DNA of 64,000 nucleotides from the NCBI GenBank assembly GCA_037131365.1, contig JBAXRE010000004.1, positions 71,508 through 135,507 of the forward strand, read 5' to 3'. Below the pieces are notes generated by a model. It was not told the DNA's origin. It saw nothing but the letters and a program-made list of their open reading frames with translations, and did no database searches. Both the position numbers and the translations under genes were made by a program. The DNA is from Sphingomonadales bacterium (GTDB lineage: Bacteria > Pseudomonadota > Alphaproteobacteria > Sphingomonadales > Sphingomonadaceae). Positions 46,007 to 59,943 of the stretch are shown one piece after another. Each line of letters begins with the position of its first letter. Position 1 is the stretch's first letter.

Positions 46007-46074
46007 CGGTCGCTGGCAGAGTGCGACGCGAGTCGGGACTTAGCGCTGCGCGCTAAGTCCTCGCCGCTTACGCA

Positions 46075-48027
<1,953 letters not shown>

Positions 48028-48122
48028 TTACCCCATCCGGCCGACCGGCGTGCTGCACTGCACCGTCAAATGCCTTATATTGCCGGTGTGCGCTGGCGGG
48101 CATCTAAGCCACGTCACGAGTC

Positions 48123-48139
48123 GGCATGCGCTTGGTGCA
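48123..48139. promoter_or_regulatory. Possible NtrC-type site between divergent glnB and amtB
   Basis: GGCATGCGCTTGGTGCA vs consensus TGCACC-N5-GGTGCA: perfect right half, degenerate left half. Confidence 0.3.
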
Positions 48140-48367
48140 TAGCCCGTATCGGCAGTTATCCGACGCTCTGTCCCGAGTTCGCGTCATCTAACGGCCAGCT
48201 GACGGCAGACGATCATTCGTCCGTATCGCCGTCGCCGACCCCGTGATGGTGTGCAAGTGGTCATCACGACATGGCCGCAGACGCATCGCTCAATTTGCCA
48301 GTGCCCCCTGTTGTATCGCGAAATGTGGTCGAGGGTGGTGACCTGGGTTTCAAAGCAGGGGAAATTG

Positions 48368-49711
48368 ATGACAAGGATCCTCAACAGTTTGCGGGCGCCC
48401 ATCACGCTTGCGGGCATGGCGCTCATGACGGCGGCTCCGGCGCTAGCGCAAGAGGCGGCCGCGCCTGTGCCGAACAAGGGCGATACCGCCTGGATGCTGG
48501 TGTCCACCCTTCTGGTTTTGCTGATGATCCTGCCTGGGTTGCAGCTGTTCTATGGCGGTCTCACCCGGGGCAAGAACATGCTTTCAACGATGACGCAGAT
48601 TGGCGCTGCCACCTGCCTTGTCATGCTGCTTTGGGTGGTGTTCGGCTATTCGATGGCATTCGGCCCGGATATGGAAGGCGTGCTGAAGCCGTTCATTTCC
48701 GGTTTCGACCGGTTGTTCCTGGCCGGCATTGACGCGAACAGCACGGCAGCGACCTTCACCAAGGATGTCGTCATTCCCGAATATGTCTTCGTCTGCTTCC
48801 AGATGACCTTTGCGGCCATCACCGCGAGCCTGGTCCTGGGTTCGGTCGTGGAGCGGATCAAGTTCTCGGCCGTGCTGGTCTTCACCCTGATTTGGCTTCC
48901 GCTGGTCTATCTGCCGATTGCGCACATGGTGTGGGCGGCATCGGGCCTGTTCTTCGTGATGGGCGCCCTGGATTTTGCCGGGGGCACCGTCGTCCACATC
49001 AACGCCGGCGTGTCGGCGCTGGTGGCAGCGCTGATCCTTGGCAAGCGCCTTGGCTACGGCAAGGACATCATGGCGCCGCACTCGCTCACGCTCACGCTGG
49101 CCGGCACCGGCATGCTGTGGGTCGGCTGGTTTGGTTTCAACGCCGGTTCGGCGCTGGAGGCCAATGGCTCTGCGGCACTGGCGATGATCAACACCTTTGT
49201 CGCCACGGCGGCAGCGGCGCTGGCCTGGATGGCAACGGAAAAGCTCGCCGGCCACAAGCCGTCGTCGCTGGGTCTCGCCTCGGGCATCATCGCGGGCCTG
49301 GTTGCCGTCACGCCGGCTGCAGGCAATTCCGGCCCGCTTGGTGCCATCGCACTGGGTGCGGCGGCGTCGGTGGTCTGCTACTTCGCCGTTTCGTTCCTCA
49401 AGCCCAAGCTTGGTTATGACGACTCGCTCGATGCGTTCGGCATCCACGGCATTGGCGGCATGGTGGGTGCCATTGGCACCGCCATCGTCTATTCGCCCGC
49501 GCTGGGCGGGCCGGGGCCGGCAGATTACGACATGGGCGCCAAGCTGGTCGTCCAGCTCGAGGCGGTGGCGACGACCATCGTCTGGGCCGCCATCGGCACC
49601 GCCATCGCCATCTTCGTCGCCAAGGCCGTCACCGGCCTGCGGGTGAGCGCGGATGTCGAACGTGAAGGCCTTGATCTGGGTGAGCACGGCGAACGCGCCT
49701 ACAATCCCTGA
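48368..49711 (+). CDS. amtB: Ammonium transporter
   Basis: GDTAWML, FQMTFA.IT, DFAGGTVVH, WVGWFGFNAGS, DDSLDAFGIHG, GLDLGEHGE. Confidence 0.97.
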   Translation: MTRILNSLRAPITLAGMALMTAAPALAQEAAAPVPNKGDTAWMLVSTLLVLLMILPGLQLFYGGLTRGKNMLSTMTQIGAATCLVMLLWVVFGYSMAFGPDMEGVLKPFISGFDRLFLAGIDANSTAATFTKDVVIPEYVFVCFQMTFAAITASLVLGSVVERIKFSAVLVFTLIWLPLVYLPIAHMVWAASGLFFVMGALDFAGGTVVHINAGVSALVAALILGKRLGYGKDIMAPHSLTLTLAGTGMLWVGWFGFNAGSALEANGSAALAMINTFVATAAAALAWMATEKLAGHKPSSLGLASGIIAGLVAVTPAAGNSGPLGAIALGAAASVVCYFAVSFLKPKLGYDDSLDAFGIHGIGGMVGAIGTAIVYSPALGGPGPADYDMGAKLVVQLEAVATTIVWAAIGTAIAIFVAKAVTGLRVSADVEREGLDLGEHGERAYNP

Positions 49712-49735
49712 TCAGATCCCGACACTCCAGACAAC

Positions 49736-49770
49736 AAGGCCCGCCTGGCAACAGGCGGGCCTTCGTTTTT
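49736..49770 (+). terminator. Terminator after amtB
   Basis: AAGGCCCGCCTG-GCAA-CAGGCGGGCCTT followed by a T run. Confidence 0.85.
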
Positions 49771-49972
49771 CTGGGATCAACTGAAAAAATGTTATTCTGA
49801 TGAATATTGGTTTCGTTTGATAATGTTAAAGTAAATAGCGCAATTGTATATTTGACGTATACTACGCCAATACACGTAGCACTGACGCTTCTACCAAAGT
49901 GCATTGTTATCCGGCTGGGAGTTCGAACAAGGCCCGCGGGTCCTGGTGAAATTTCACGGGCAGAAGGATGAC

Positions 49973-51136
49973 ATGATGATTGCGATTGCGAGCCGTTCGG
50001 GCCTTGCCCGTGCCCTGCTGATGGCGACGGCGCTTGGTGTGGCCTCGATGGCCGAAGCGGATGAGGCGCCGCCGGCATTGCTGCCCGGTCTCAGCGGACC
50101 GCTCAGCTACAATCCCAAGCCGCTCAGCTTTGATCTGGCCGGGTCCAGCATCTATGTCACCGGCATCGCCAGCGGCTATCTGGGGGCGCAGTCCAACACC
50201 ACGCCCGGCGTTGCCAGCGGCCTTGCCGACCTGTCGAACGCGCAGGTCATCATCCAGAAGCCGCAAGGCGTGTTTCAGTTCCTGGTGCAGGCCGGTCTCT
50301 ACAGCCACGAAACATTGGGCCTCGGCTATGCCCGCGCCACCACCTATACCGATGGCACCTTTGGCCCGGTGCCGCAGGCGTGGGTGAAGCTGGCACCGTC
50401 GGCAAGCTTCAACATCCAGGCCGGCATCCTGCCGACCCTGATCGGCCTGGAAGCGCCGTTCAGCTTCCAGAACATGAACATCGAACGTGGCGTGCTGTGG
50501 GGCCAGGAAAATGTGCTGTCCCGCGGGGTGCAGGCCAATGTCACGTCGGGCAAGATCAGTGCCAGCCTGGCGCTGACGGACGGTTTCTTCTCGGGCCGCT
50601 TCAACTGGCTGTCGGGCATCATCTCCTATGTCGATGGGCCGCACACGCTTTCGCTGGTGCTGGGCGGCGCGCTGGATCGCAACAGCCGCAGCACCTTTGC
50701 GACACCGCCGGTGCAGAACAACAGCACCATCTTCAACCTGATCTACAGCTATTCCGGCGACAAGTGGCTGGTGCAGCCCTATTTCCAATATGCCAGGGTT
50801 GGCGATCTGCCGTTCCAGGGCACCACCAAGGCTGACAACTGGGGTGTCGGTCTGCTGGCCAAATACAAGATTGATGACAATTGGTCATTGCCGGTGCGCT
50901 TCGAATATGTGGACAGCAGCGCCCCCCGCGCAACCGCCGCCAGCTTTCTCTATGGCCCGGGTTCCAACGCCTTCACCGCCACGATCACCCCAACCTACAC
51001 GGTGAACCGCTTCTTCATCCGGCCCGAACTGTCCTACGTGTCGGTTTCCGGAATTGCGCCGGGTGCCGCGTTCGGGGCCCTGGGGCGCGACAAGAGCCAG
51101 GTGCGCGGGCGGCTGGAATTCGGCGTGATGTTCTGA
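49973..51136 (+). CDS. Outer-membrane beta-barrel protein (putative porin, BBP2/DUF1597-like)
   Basis: Signal peptide, alternating amphipathic strands, WSLPVRFEYVD, RPELSYV and terminal Phe (LEFGVMF). Confidence 0.8.
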   Translation: MMIAIASRSGLARALLMATALGVASMAEADEAPPALLPGLSGPLSYNPKPLSFDLAGSSIYVTGIASGYLGAQSNTTPGVASGLADLSNAQVIIQKPQGVFQFLVQAGLYSHETLGLGYARATTYTDGTFGPVPQAWVKLAPSASFNIQAGILPTLIGLEAPFSFQNMNIERGVLWGQENVLSRGVQANVTSGKISASLALTDGFFSGRFNWLSGIISYVDGPHTLSLVLGGALDRNSRSTFATPPVQNNSTIFNLIYSYSGDKWLVQPYFQYARVGDLPFQGTTKADNWGVGLLAKYKIDDNWSLPVRFEYVDSSAPRATAASFLYGPGSNAFTATITPTYTVNRFFIRPELSYVSVSGIAPGAAFGALGRDKSQVRGRLEFGVMF

Positions 51137-51187
51137 GCTGAGCGCCGGGGGGAGGCGCAGCGGTTATTGCTGCGCTTCCCCTCGGTC

Positions 51188-51388
51188 GCGCTGGCTGTGG
51201 AGCGTGGCCGGCGGCGGAGCCGCCGGGTCCATGGGGTGTGCTCCACGGAGAACAAGGAAGAGAAGGGAAGGGGGCGTGGCGGAGCCACGCCAGCCTGCCC
51301 CGGATGTGATCCGGGGGCGGACGAGTCAAAAAGGGCAGCCCTGAGGGGCTGCCCTTTTCGCTCGAGCCTGCCCCGGCGAAGGCCGGGG
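51188..51388. repeat. Palindromic repeat cluster plus terminator downstream of glnA copy 2
   Basis: Homologous to 45837-46006. Terminator AAAAA-GGGCAGCCC-TGAG-GGGCTGCCC-TTTT at 51328-51358; extra REP at 51371-51388. Confidence 0.75.
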
Positions 51389-51446
51389 TCCGAGCTTTGA
51401 CGAGTCGGCGGATAACGCTCTCGCGTTATCCGCGCGCCGTCATGCG

Positions 51447-53444
<1,998 letters not shown>

Positions 53445-54215
53445 TCACACCGTCGTGGCATAGCCTCCGTCGGCGGTGATGACGCTGCCGCACAGGAAAT
53501 CGCTGGCCCGGCTGGAAAGGAACAGCGCCACCCCGGCCATATCCTCCGGCGTGCCCCAGCGCTGCATCGGCGTGGCGGCGCGGAACGCCTCGCGGAACTC
53601 CTCGGCGATGCCGGCGGTCATCTTCGATGGGAAGAATCCCGGCGCGATGGCGTTCACGCTGATATGCCGCCTGGCCAGGAACTTGGCCATCATGCGGGTG
53701 AGGTGCAGCACGCCGGCCTTTGAGGCGGCATAGGAGTAGGTTTCGAGATCGGAAACATGCTGGCCATCGATGCTGCCGATGTTGATCACCTTGGCAAAGC
53801 GATCGGGCGCGGCGGCGGCCTCAAGGCAAGGCATCAGCTTCTGGGTGAGGAAGAAGACGGACTTCACGTTGATATCCATCACCTTGTCCCAGCCGGCTTC
53901 GGGGAAGGCATCGAAATCGGCGCCCCACGAGGCGCCGGCGTTGTTGAAGAGGATGTCCACCTTCGGCGTGTGAGCGGACACGGCAGCGGCGAACCGCTCG
54001 ATCTCGGCCATCTGGGACAGATCGGCCGGGATGGCGGTGCAATTGGGGCCCAATTGCGCGGCCAGGCCTTCGCAATCGGCAATCTTGCGGCTGGTGATGA
54101 TCACCCGGGCGCCATTTTCAATCAGGGCGCGGGCGATCATCTCCCCGATGCCGCGGCTGCCGCCAGTGACGACGGCCAGCTTGCCTTCCACGCTGAACAG
54201 GTTGGTGATCTTCAT
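53445..54215 (-). CDS. Short-chain dehydrogenase/reductase (RhlG-like)
   Basis: TGGSRGIG, NNAG, SYSYAASK (YxxxK), NAIAPG. Confidence 0.92.
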   Translation of the reverse strand: MKITNLFSVEGKLAVVTGGSRGIGEMIARALIENGARVIITSRKIADCEGLAAQLGPNCTAIPADLSQMAEIERFAAAVSAHTPKVDILFNNAGASWGADFDAFPEAGWDKVMDINVKSVFFLTQKLMPCLEAAAAPDRFAKVINIGSIDGQHVSDLETYSYAASKAGVLHLTRMMAKFLARRHISVNAIAPGFFPSKMTAGIAEEFREAFRAATPMQRWGTPEDMAGVALFLSSRASDFLCGSVITADGGYATTV

Positions 54216-55849
54216 GTCGCGTCATCTCCAATGATTTCGCCAGCGGCGCGGGCGCGGTCGAGGCGGCTGGCCTCGGCGGCGGGCAGCCAGCGATAGACAA
54301 GATAAAGGCAGAGGCACGTGAACGGCGCCATCAGGAACAGCGCCAGCACGCCGGTGGAAAGATCGCCCGTCACCTTGGAAACAAAGCCGGTGAACCACGG
54401 CCCCAGGCCCAGCCCGAACAAGGTGGTGCCGATGAAGAAGGTTGCGGTGGCGGCGCCGCGCATGCGGGGCAGCACCAGATCCTGCGTGGTGGCCGCCGCA
54501 ACACCGACATACATGGACCCGAACAGGCCGGCCGGCATGCCCCACAGGATGAAGCTGGCGAGATCGGTCGCCGTGTAGGACATCCACAGGAACGGCGCCG
54601 GCACCAGGATCGCCAGCGCGCCCACCATGATGCGGCCCGACGGATGGCGCTGTTTGGCCCAATCGCCCAGCACGCCGCCCAGGATGGTGCCCAGGAAGCC
54701 GGACAATGCGCCCCAGCTGCCGAGAATGAAGGCCACCGCCTGCTTGCTGCCATACCAGGGGATCGGCCCGCCGCTGGCCGCCAGCGGCTCCACGAAGGTG
54801 CGCATGGCATAGGGCGCACCCCAGAAGCCGACCGAATAGCCGACGAAGCTGATGCTGCCGAAACCCAGGATGGTCAGCACGAATGCCGGCGTGCCCCAGA
54901 TCATCTCATAGGTCGGCTTGTCGCGCCGTTTGATCGATTGCGCCCAGCTGATCACCGCGTACAGCCCGGTGCCGACGGCAAGGAACTGCGGCACCTCCCC
55001 GGTGAGATGCACCAGTGCGGCCACCACGCCCGCCACCAGGGCCAGCGCGGCGACATTGTCGAACAGGGCGCGGCGGCCGAGCATGGCCATGTTGATCAGG
55101 GTGAGCGGCGGGATGACGCTGCTCATGTCGGCAATGAAATTGCGGATGACGGTGCGGCCGGGCAGGGGCTGCGGCGGCGGCAGGCCATCGGCGCGGCCGC
55201 GGATCGGCTCGATCAGGGTGGAAACCCACAGCGCCAGCAGCAGCCCTGGAATGCCGACGGCCATGAACGCCGCCTGCCAGCCGACGAGGCCGAGCGGGCC
55301 ACCATTGGGATAAGCCGCGTTCCAGCCCTTCACCACGACAGCGCCGATCAGCAACGAGACGCCGCCGCCCAGATAAAGGCCGGCCGAATAGATCGACAGG
55401 GCGGTGGCGCGGCGGGCCTTGGGGAACCAATCCGAAATCATCGAATAGGCCGATGGGCCGGCAGTCGCCTCGCCGACGCCGACGCCAACACGGGCGAGCG
55501 AGAGCTGCGCGAAATTGGCCGACAGGCCGGACAGCGCCGTCATGCCCGACCATAGGGTGAGGCCGAGCGACAGCAGCCGGGTGCGTACCCAATTGTCGGC
55601 CAGGCGCCCGATCGGCACCCCGAACAGCGCATAGAACACGGCAAAGGCGGTGCCATAGAGGAAGCCGAGCTGCGCATCGGTGAGATGGAGGTCGCGCTTG
55701 ATGTCCTCCGCCAGGATCGACAGGATCTGCCGGTCGATGAAGTTCATCACATAGACCATCACCAGCAGCGCCAGCACATACCAGGCATAGGGGCCGCCCA
55801 CGGGGGGCACCGGTTTGCCGGGCATGTTGCTGCTGTCGGGTTCCGCCAT
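54212..55849 (-). CDS. MFS transporter (Spinster-like)
   Basis: NFIDRQIL, GRLADNWVR motif A, ARVGVGVGEA, GWQAAF. Confidence 0.9.
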   Translation of the reverse strand: MAEPDSSNMPGKPVPPVGGPYAWYVLALLVMVYVMNFIDRQILSILAEDIKRDLHLTDAQLGFLYGTAFAVFYALFGVPIGRLADNWVRTRLLSLGLTLWSGMTALSGLSANFAQLSLARVGVGVGEATAGPSAYSMISDWFPKARRATALSIYSAGLYLGGGVSLLIGAVVVKGWNAAYPNGGPLGLVGWQAAFMAVGIPGLLLALWVSTLIEPIRGRADGLPPPQPLPGRTVIRNFIADMSSVIPPLTLINMAMLGRRALFDNVAALALVAGVVAALVHLTGEVPQFLAVGTGLYAVISWAQSIKRRDKPTYEMIWGTPAFVLTILGFGSISFVGYSVGFWGAPYAMRTFVEPLAASGGPIPWYGSKQAVAFILGSWGALSGFLGTILGGVLGDWAKQRHPSGRIMVGALAILVPAPFLWMSYTATDLASFILWGMPAGLFGSMYVGVAAATTQDLVLPRMRGAATATFFIGTTLFGLGLGPWFTGFVSKVTGDLSTGVLALFLMAPFTCLCLYLVYRWLPAAEASRLDRARAAGEIIGDDAT

Positions 55850-56037
55850 GCTGTTCCACCCCCAGGAGGCGAGGCGTCTTTGCGGCCCCTGCCTGTCGTT
55901 GGGGCAAAGACTTATCAGCCGGTTTTGATGCTGTCACCCGCGACGTGGCCAGCGCGGCGGTGCGACGTGACAGCCCTTGCCGGGTGGGGCCGGGGTTCTT
56001 ATCTGAAGCGCATCCTGTTCTCGCGAGGGTTTCCAAA

Positions 56038-56571
56038 ATGTCTCACGATGTCGCCATCATCGCCGGTGGCTGTTTCTGGTGCACCGAAGCCGTGTTCAAC
56101 GAACTGCAGGGCATTGAATCGGTGGAATCGGGCTATATCGGCGGCAGCAAGGACAAGCCGACCTATGAGCAGGTGTGCAGCGGCACCACCGGCCATGCGG
56201 AGGCGGTGCGCATCGTCTATGATCCGGCGGTGATCAGCTATGCCGAGCTGCTCGACATCTTCTTCCACACCCATGATCCGACGACGCTGAACCGCCAGGG
56301 CGGCGATGTCGGCACCCAGTATCGTTCGGCCATCTTCCCTCAGAACGGCGTGCAGGCCGGCGAGGCCGAAGCCGCCATCGCCCGCAACCAGGCCAGCTGG
56401 GACAATCCGATTGTCACCACGACCGAGCCGAACGCGCCGTGGTGGCCGGCGGAGGCCTACCACCAGCGCTATTTCGAGAACAATGGCACGAAGAATGGCT
56501 ATTGCGTGGCCGTGGTCGGGCCGAAGCTGGCGAAATTCCGCAAGGGCTATGCGGCGCGGCTGAAGCGCTGA
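56038..56571 (+). CDS. msrA: Peptide methionine sulfoxide reductase A
   Basis: GGCFWC, TGHAE, GTQYRS, AEAYHQ.Y. Start re-picked at ATG 56038. Confidence 0.97.
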   Translation: MSHDVAIIAGGCFWCTEAVFNELQGIESVESGYIGGSKDKPTYEQVCSGTTGHAEAVRIVYDPAVISYAELLDIFFHTHDPTTLNRQGGDVGTQYRSAIFPQNGVQAGEAEAAIARNQASWDNPIVTTTEPNAPWWPAEAYHQRYFENNGTKNGYCVAVVGPKLAKFRKGYAARLKR

Positions 56572-56582
56572 GAGCGCAACAA

Positions 56583-56658
56583 CCGCTCAGGCTGAGCTTG
56601 TCGAAGCCGGGTTGCCGGCGCGCACCTTGGCCGGCTTCGACAGGCTCAGCCTGAGCGG
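56583..56658. repeat. Full palindromic CTTCGACAGGCTCAG-family repeat between convergent msrA and glmS
   Basis: 28-bp arms CCGCTCAGGCTGAGC(T/C)TGTCGAAGCCGG with one mismatch and a 20-nt spacer. Confidence 0.85.
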
Positions 56659-56661
56659 GTT

Positions 56662-58485
56662 TTATTCGACGGTAACCGATTTCGCCAAGTTGCGCGGCTG
56701 GTCCACGTCAGTGCCCTTGGCGACCGCGACATGATAGGCCAGCAGCTGCACCGGGATCGCGCTGATCAGCGGGCTGATGAACGGGTCCACCGTCGGCAGC
56801 GCGATGGCGGCCGCCGTGCCCTGGCCGTGGCTGGCGATGCCGGCGGCGTCGGACAGCAGCACGACCTGGCCGCCGCGCGCCATCACCTCCTGCATGTTGG
56901 AGACGGTCTTTTCAAAGCGCGGGCCTGACGGGGCGATGACGATCACCGGCACATGCTCGTCAATCAGCGCGATGGGGCCGTGTTTCAATTCACCCGCCGC
57001 ATAACCTTCGGCGTGGATATAGCTGATTTCCTTCAGCTTCAGTGCGCCTTCCAGGGCCATCGGATAATCCGGGCCGCGGCCGATGTAGAGAATGTCGCGC
57101 GCCTTGGCGAGGTTCGGCGCCAGCGCGGCAATGGCGCCTTCCAGCTTCAGCGCCGCGTTCATCGCAGCAGGCACTTCGGTCAGCAGATGCACCAGCCGCG
57201 CTTCCTCGGCGGCAGCGACCCGGCCCTTGGCCTTGCCCAGCGCGATGGCAAAAGCGGCGAGCACGGCCAATTGGCAGGTGAAGGCCTTGGTGGAGGCGAC
57301 GCCCACTTCCGGCCCGGCGTGAGTGGGCAGCAGCAATTGCGTCTCGCGCGCCATGGTGGAGGTGGCGACATTGACAACGGCCGCAACCATCTGGCCGCCG
57401 TCCTTGGCATGGCGCAAGGCGGCCAGCGTGTCGGCGGTTTCGCCGGACTGGCTGATGAACAGGCACAGCCCGCCATCCTCATAAACCGGATCGCGGTAGC
57501 GATATTCGGATGCGTTCTCGATGCTCACCGGCACGCGGGCCAGCTGTTCCAGCCAATAGCTGGCGACATGGCCGGCGAGCAGCGCGGTGCCGCACGCCAC
57601 GATCTGAACGCGGCGAACATTGGCCAGATCGAACGGCAGCCCGGGCAGGGCGACGGTTTCGGCGAGCGGATCGAGATAGGCGCCCAGCGTCTGCGCCACC
57701 ACGATCGGCTGCTCGTGGATTTCCTTTTCCATGTAATGGCGGTGATTGCCCTTCTCGATCACCGCGGCACTGGCCGAGGAGGTGATGAACGGCCGGCTGA
57801 CCGGCTGGTCCTCGGCATCGAACATGGCGATGCTGTCGGTGGTCAGCCGCACCCAGTCGCCCTCTTCCAGATAGGCGATGCGGTTGGTGAAAGGGGCAAG
57901 GCCGAGCGCGTCGGAGCCGAGGAACATCTCGCCATCACCCCGGCCGACCACCAGCGGCGAGCCCCGGCGGGCACCGTAGATGACATGCGGGTGATTGCGG
58001 AACAGGATGGCGAAGCTGAAGGCGCCATGCAGGCGCTTGAGGGTGCGGGCCACCGCCTCGTCAGGCGTCGCGCCGGCGGCCAGCGCCAGTTCGAGCAGGT
58101 GGGCGACCACCTCGGTGTCGGTATCGCTCGACAGGGTGCGGCCGGCGGCGATCACCTCTTCGCGCAGCGGCTTGAAATTCTCGATGATGCCATTGTGGAC
58201 AAGGCAGACATTCTCGGTCGCATGCGGGTGGGCGTTGCCCTCCGTCGGCGCGCCGTGGGTGGCCCAGCGGGTGTGGGCGATGCCGATGTGGCCGGGCAGG
58301 GGGGCGGCGGCCAGCTCCTTTGCCAGGTTGGCCAGTTTGCCGGGCGCGCGGCGGCGGTCCATCACGCCATCATGGATGGTGGCGATGCCGGCGCTGTCGT
58401 AACCGCGATATTCCAGCCGCCTGAGGCCATCGACCAGCCGGTCGGCCACCGCGTCCGTTGAGACGATGCCGATGATCCCGCACAT
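56662..58485 (-). CDS. glmS: Glutamine--fructose-6-phosphate aminotransferase
   Basis: MCGIIG, HTRWATHG, SQSGETAD, ASTKAFT, PRNLAKSVTVE. Confidence 0.98.
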   Translation of the reverse strand: MCGIIGIVSTDAVADRLVDGLRRLEYRGYDSAGIATIHDGVMDRRRAPGKLANLAKELAAAPLPGHIGIAHTRWATHGAPTEGNAHPHATENVCLVHNGIIENFKPLREEVIAAGRTLSSDTDTEVVAHLLELALAAGATPDEAVARTLKRLHGAFSFAILFRNHPHVIYGARRGSPLVVGRGDGEMFLGSDALGLAPFTNRIAYLEEGDWVRLTTDSIAMFDAEDQPVSRPFITSSASAAVIEKGNHRHYMEKEIHEQPIVVAQTLGAYLDPLAETVALPGLPFDLANVRRVQIVACGTALLAGHVASYWLEQLARVPVSIENASEYRYRDPVYEDGGLCLFISQSGETADTLAALRHAKDGGQMVAAVVNVATSTMARETQLLLPTHAGPEVGVASTKAFTCQLAVLAAFAIALGKAKGRVAAAEEARLVHLLTEVPAAMNAALKLEGAIAALAPNLAKARDILYIGRGPDYPMALEGALKLKEISYIHAEGYAAGELKHGPIALIDEHVPVIVIAPSGPRFEKTVSNMQEVMARGGQVVLLSDAAGIASHGQGTAAAIALPTVDPFISPLISAIPVQLLAYHVAVAKGTDVDQPRNLAKSVTVE

Positions 58486-58487
58486 GG

Positions 58488-59843
58488 TTACTTGCCCTTC
58501 TTTGCGGATTGCAGGCCGCGGAACCGCGCCGCCCAGCCGGGTTTGGCCGTCTGCTCGGGGCGCACCAGCGCCAGTGCGTCGGCTTCGACATCGCGGGTGA
58601 CGGTACTGCCGGCGGCGACGATGGCACCGTCGCCGATGGTCACCGGTGCCACCAATGCGCTGTTGGAGCCGATGAAGGCACCGGTGCCGATCACGGTCTG
58701 ATATTTGAAGAAGCCATCATAGTTGCAGGTGATGGTGCCGGCGCCAATGTTGGCCTTCGCGCCCACGGTCACGTCACCCAGATAGGTGAGGTGGTTGGCC
58801 TTGGCGCCGTCGCCCAGCACCGCCTTCTTGGTCTCGACGAAATTGCCGATCTTGGCGCCGCGGCCCAGCACGGTGCCGGGGCGCAGACGGGCGAAGGGGC
58901 CGATCTCGCAATCGGCACCGATGGCCGAGCCTTCGATATGGCTGTGGGCGCGGATGCGGCAGCCGCTGGCGATGGTCACGCCGGGGCCGAACACCACGAA
59001 CGGCTCAATCTCGACATCAGCATCGATGCGTGTGTCGGCACACAGGAACACGGTGTCGGGCGCCTGCATGGAAACACCGGCGGCCATCAGCTCGGCGCGG
59101 CGGCGGCGCTGGAAGATCGCCTCCAGCTGCGCCAGTTCGGCGCGGCTGTTGGCACCCGCCACCTCGTCGGCGGCGGTTTCGATCACGGTGCAGCGGCGGC
59201 CATCGCCCAGCGCCAGGCCGACCACGTCGGGCAGATAATATTCGCCCGCCGCATTGTCGTTGGTGACGCGGGCGAGCAGGGCGAACAGGTCACGCGCCCG
59301 CACCGCCATCAGGCCGCTGTTGCACAAGGTCTCGGCGCGCTCGGCAGCAGTCGCGTCCTTGAATTCGACCATTTTCGCGATCTGGCCGTCGTTTGCGATG
59401 ATGCGGCCATAGGCGCCGGGGTCGGCCGGGCGGAAGCCAAGCACGGCCACCGCCACATCATCGCCGAGTGCATCGAGCAAGCGTGCCATCGTCGCGGCCG
59501 GCACCAGCGGCGCATCGCCGTACAGGATCAGCACCTTGCCGTCGAAATCGGCAAGCGCCTGCGCCGCCTGCTGCACGGCGTGGCCGGTGCCCAGTTGCGG
59601 CTGCTGCACCACCACCTGTGCCTTGCCGGTGACTTCGGCTTCCACTTGCTCCTTCAGCGCGCCAACCACCACCACGGTGCGGGCCGGGGCGAGGGTGGCC
59701 AGGCTGTCGGTCAGGTGGCGCAGCATCGGCTTGCCGGCGATGGCGTGCAGCACCTTGTGGCGGGCGGATTTCATGCGCGTGCCCATGCCAGCGGCCAGGA
59801 TGATGGCGGCAAAGGGCGTGGCTGCGGGCAGGGCGGTTGTCAC
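58488..59843 (-). CDS. glmU: Bifunctional UDP-GlcNAc pyrophosphorylase/acetyltransferase
   Basis: LAAGMGTRMKS, QLGTGHAV, GEYYLPD, GPFARLR, GAGTITCNYDG. GTG start estimated. Confidence 0.97.
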   Translation of the reverse strand: MTTALPAATPFAAIILAAGMGTRMKSARHKVLHAIAGKPMLRHLTDSLATLAPARTVVVVGALKEQVEAEVTGKAQVVVQQPQLGTGHAVQQAAQALADFDGKVLILYGDAPLVPAATMARLLDALGDDVAVAVLGFRPADPGAYGRIIANDGQIAKMVEFKDATAAERAETLCNSGLMAVRARDLFALLARVTNDNAAGEYYLPDVVGLALGDGRRCTVIETAADEVAGANSRAELAQLEAIFQRRRRAELMAAGVSMQAPDTVFLCADTRIDADVEIEPFVVFGPGVTIASGCRIRAHSHIEGSAIGADCEIGPFARLRPGTVLGRGAKIGNFVETKKAVLGDGAKANHLTYLGDVTVGAKANIGAGTITCNYDGFFKYQTVIGTGAFIGSNSALVAPVTIGDGAIVAAGSTVTRDVEADALALVRPEQTAKPGWAARFRGLQSAKKGK

Positions 59844-59943
59844 CGGCTTGCCCTGCCACAGCGGCCCGGGCTTGAAAAGTGCCGCCGCCGGGCGCAACGC
59901 CTGTCGTCAGCCTGCAACAATCAAAGCGCATCTGCGGATCCCC

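Noticed and set aside
45808-46066. CRISPR array in the repeat clusters
   Set aside because: The palindromes are heterogeneous, not regularly spaced, and there are no cas genes.
48059-48074. Sigma54 promoter for glnB copy 1 (GGCATTTGACGGTGCA on the minus strand)
   Set aside because: GG-to-GC spacing is 11 nt rather than the required 10. A similar off-by-one match upstream of clpX was also dropped.
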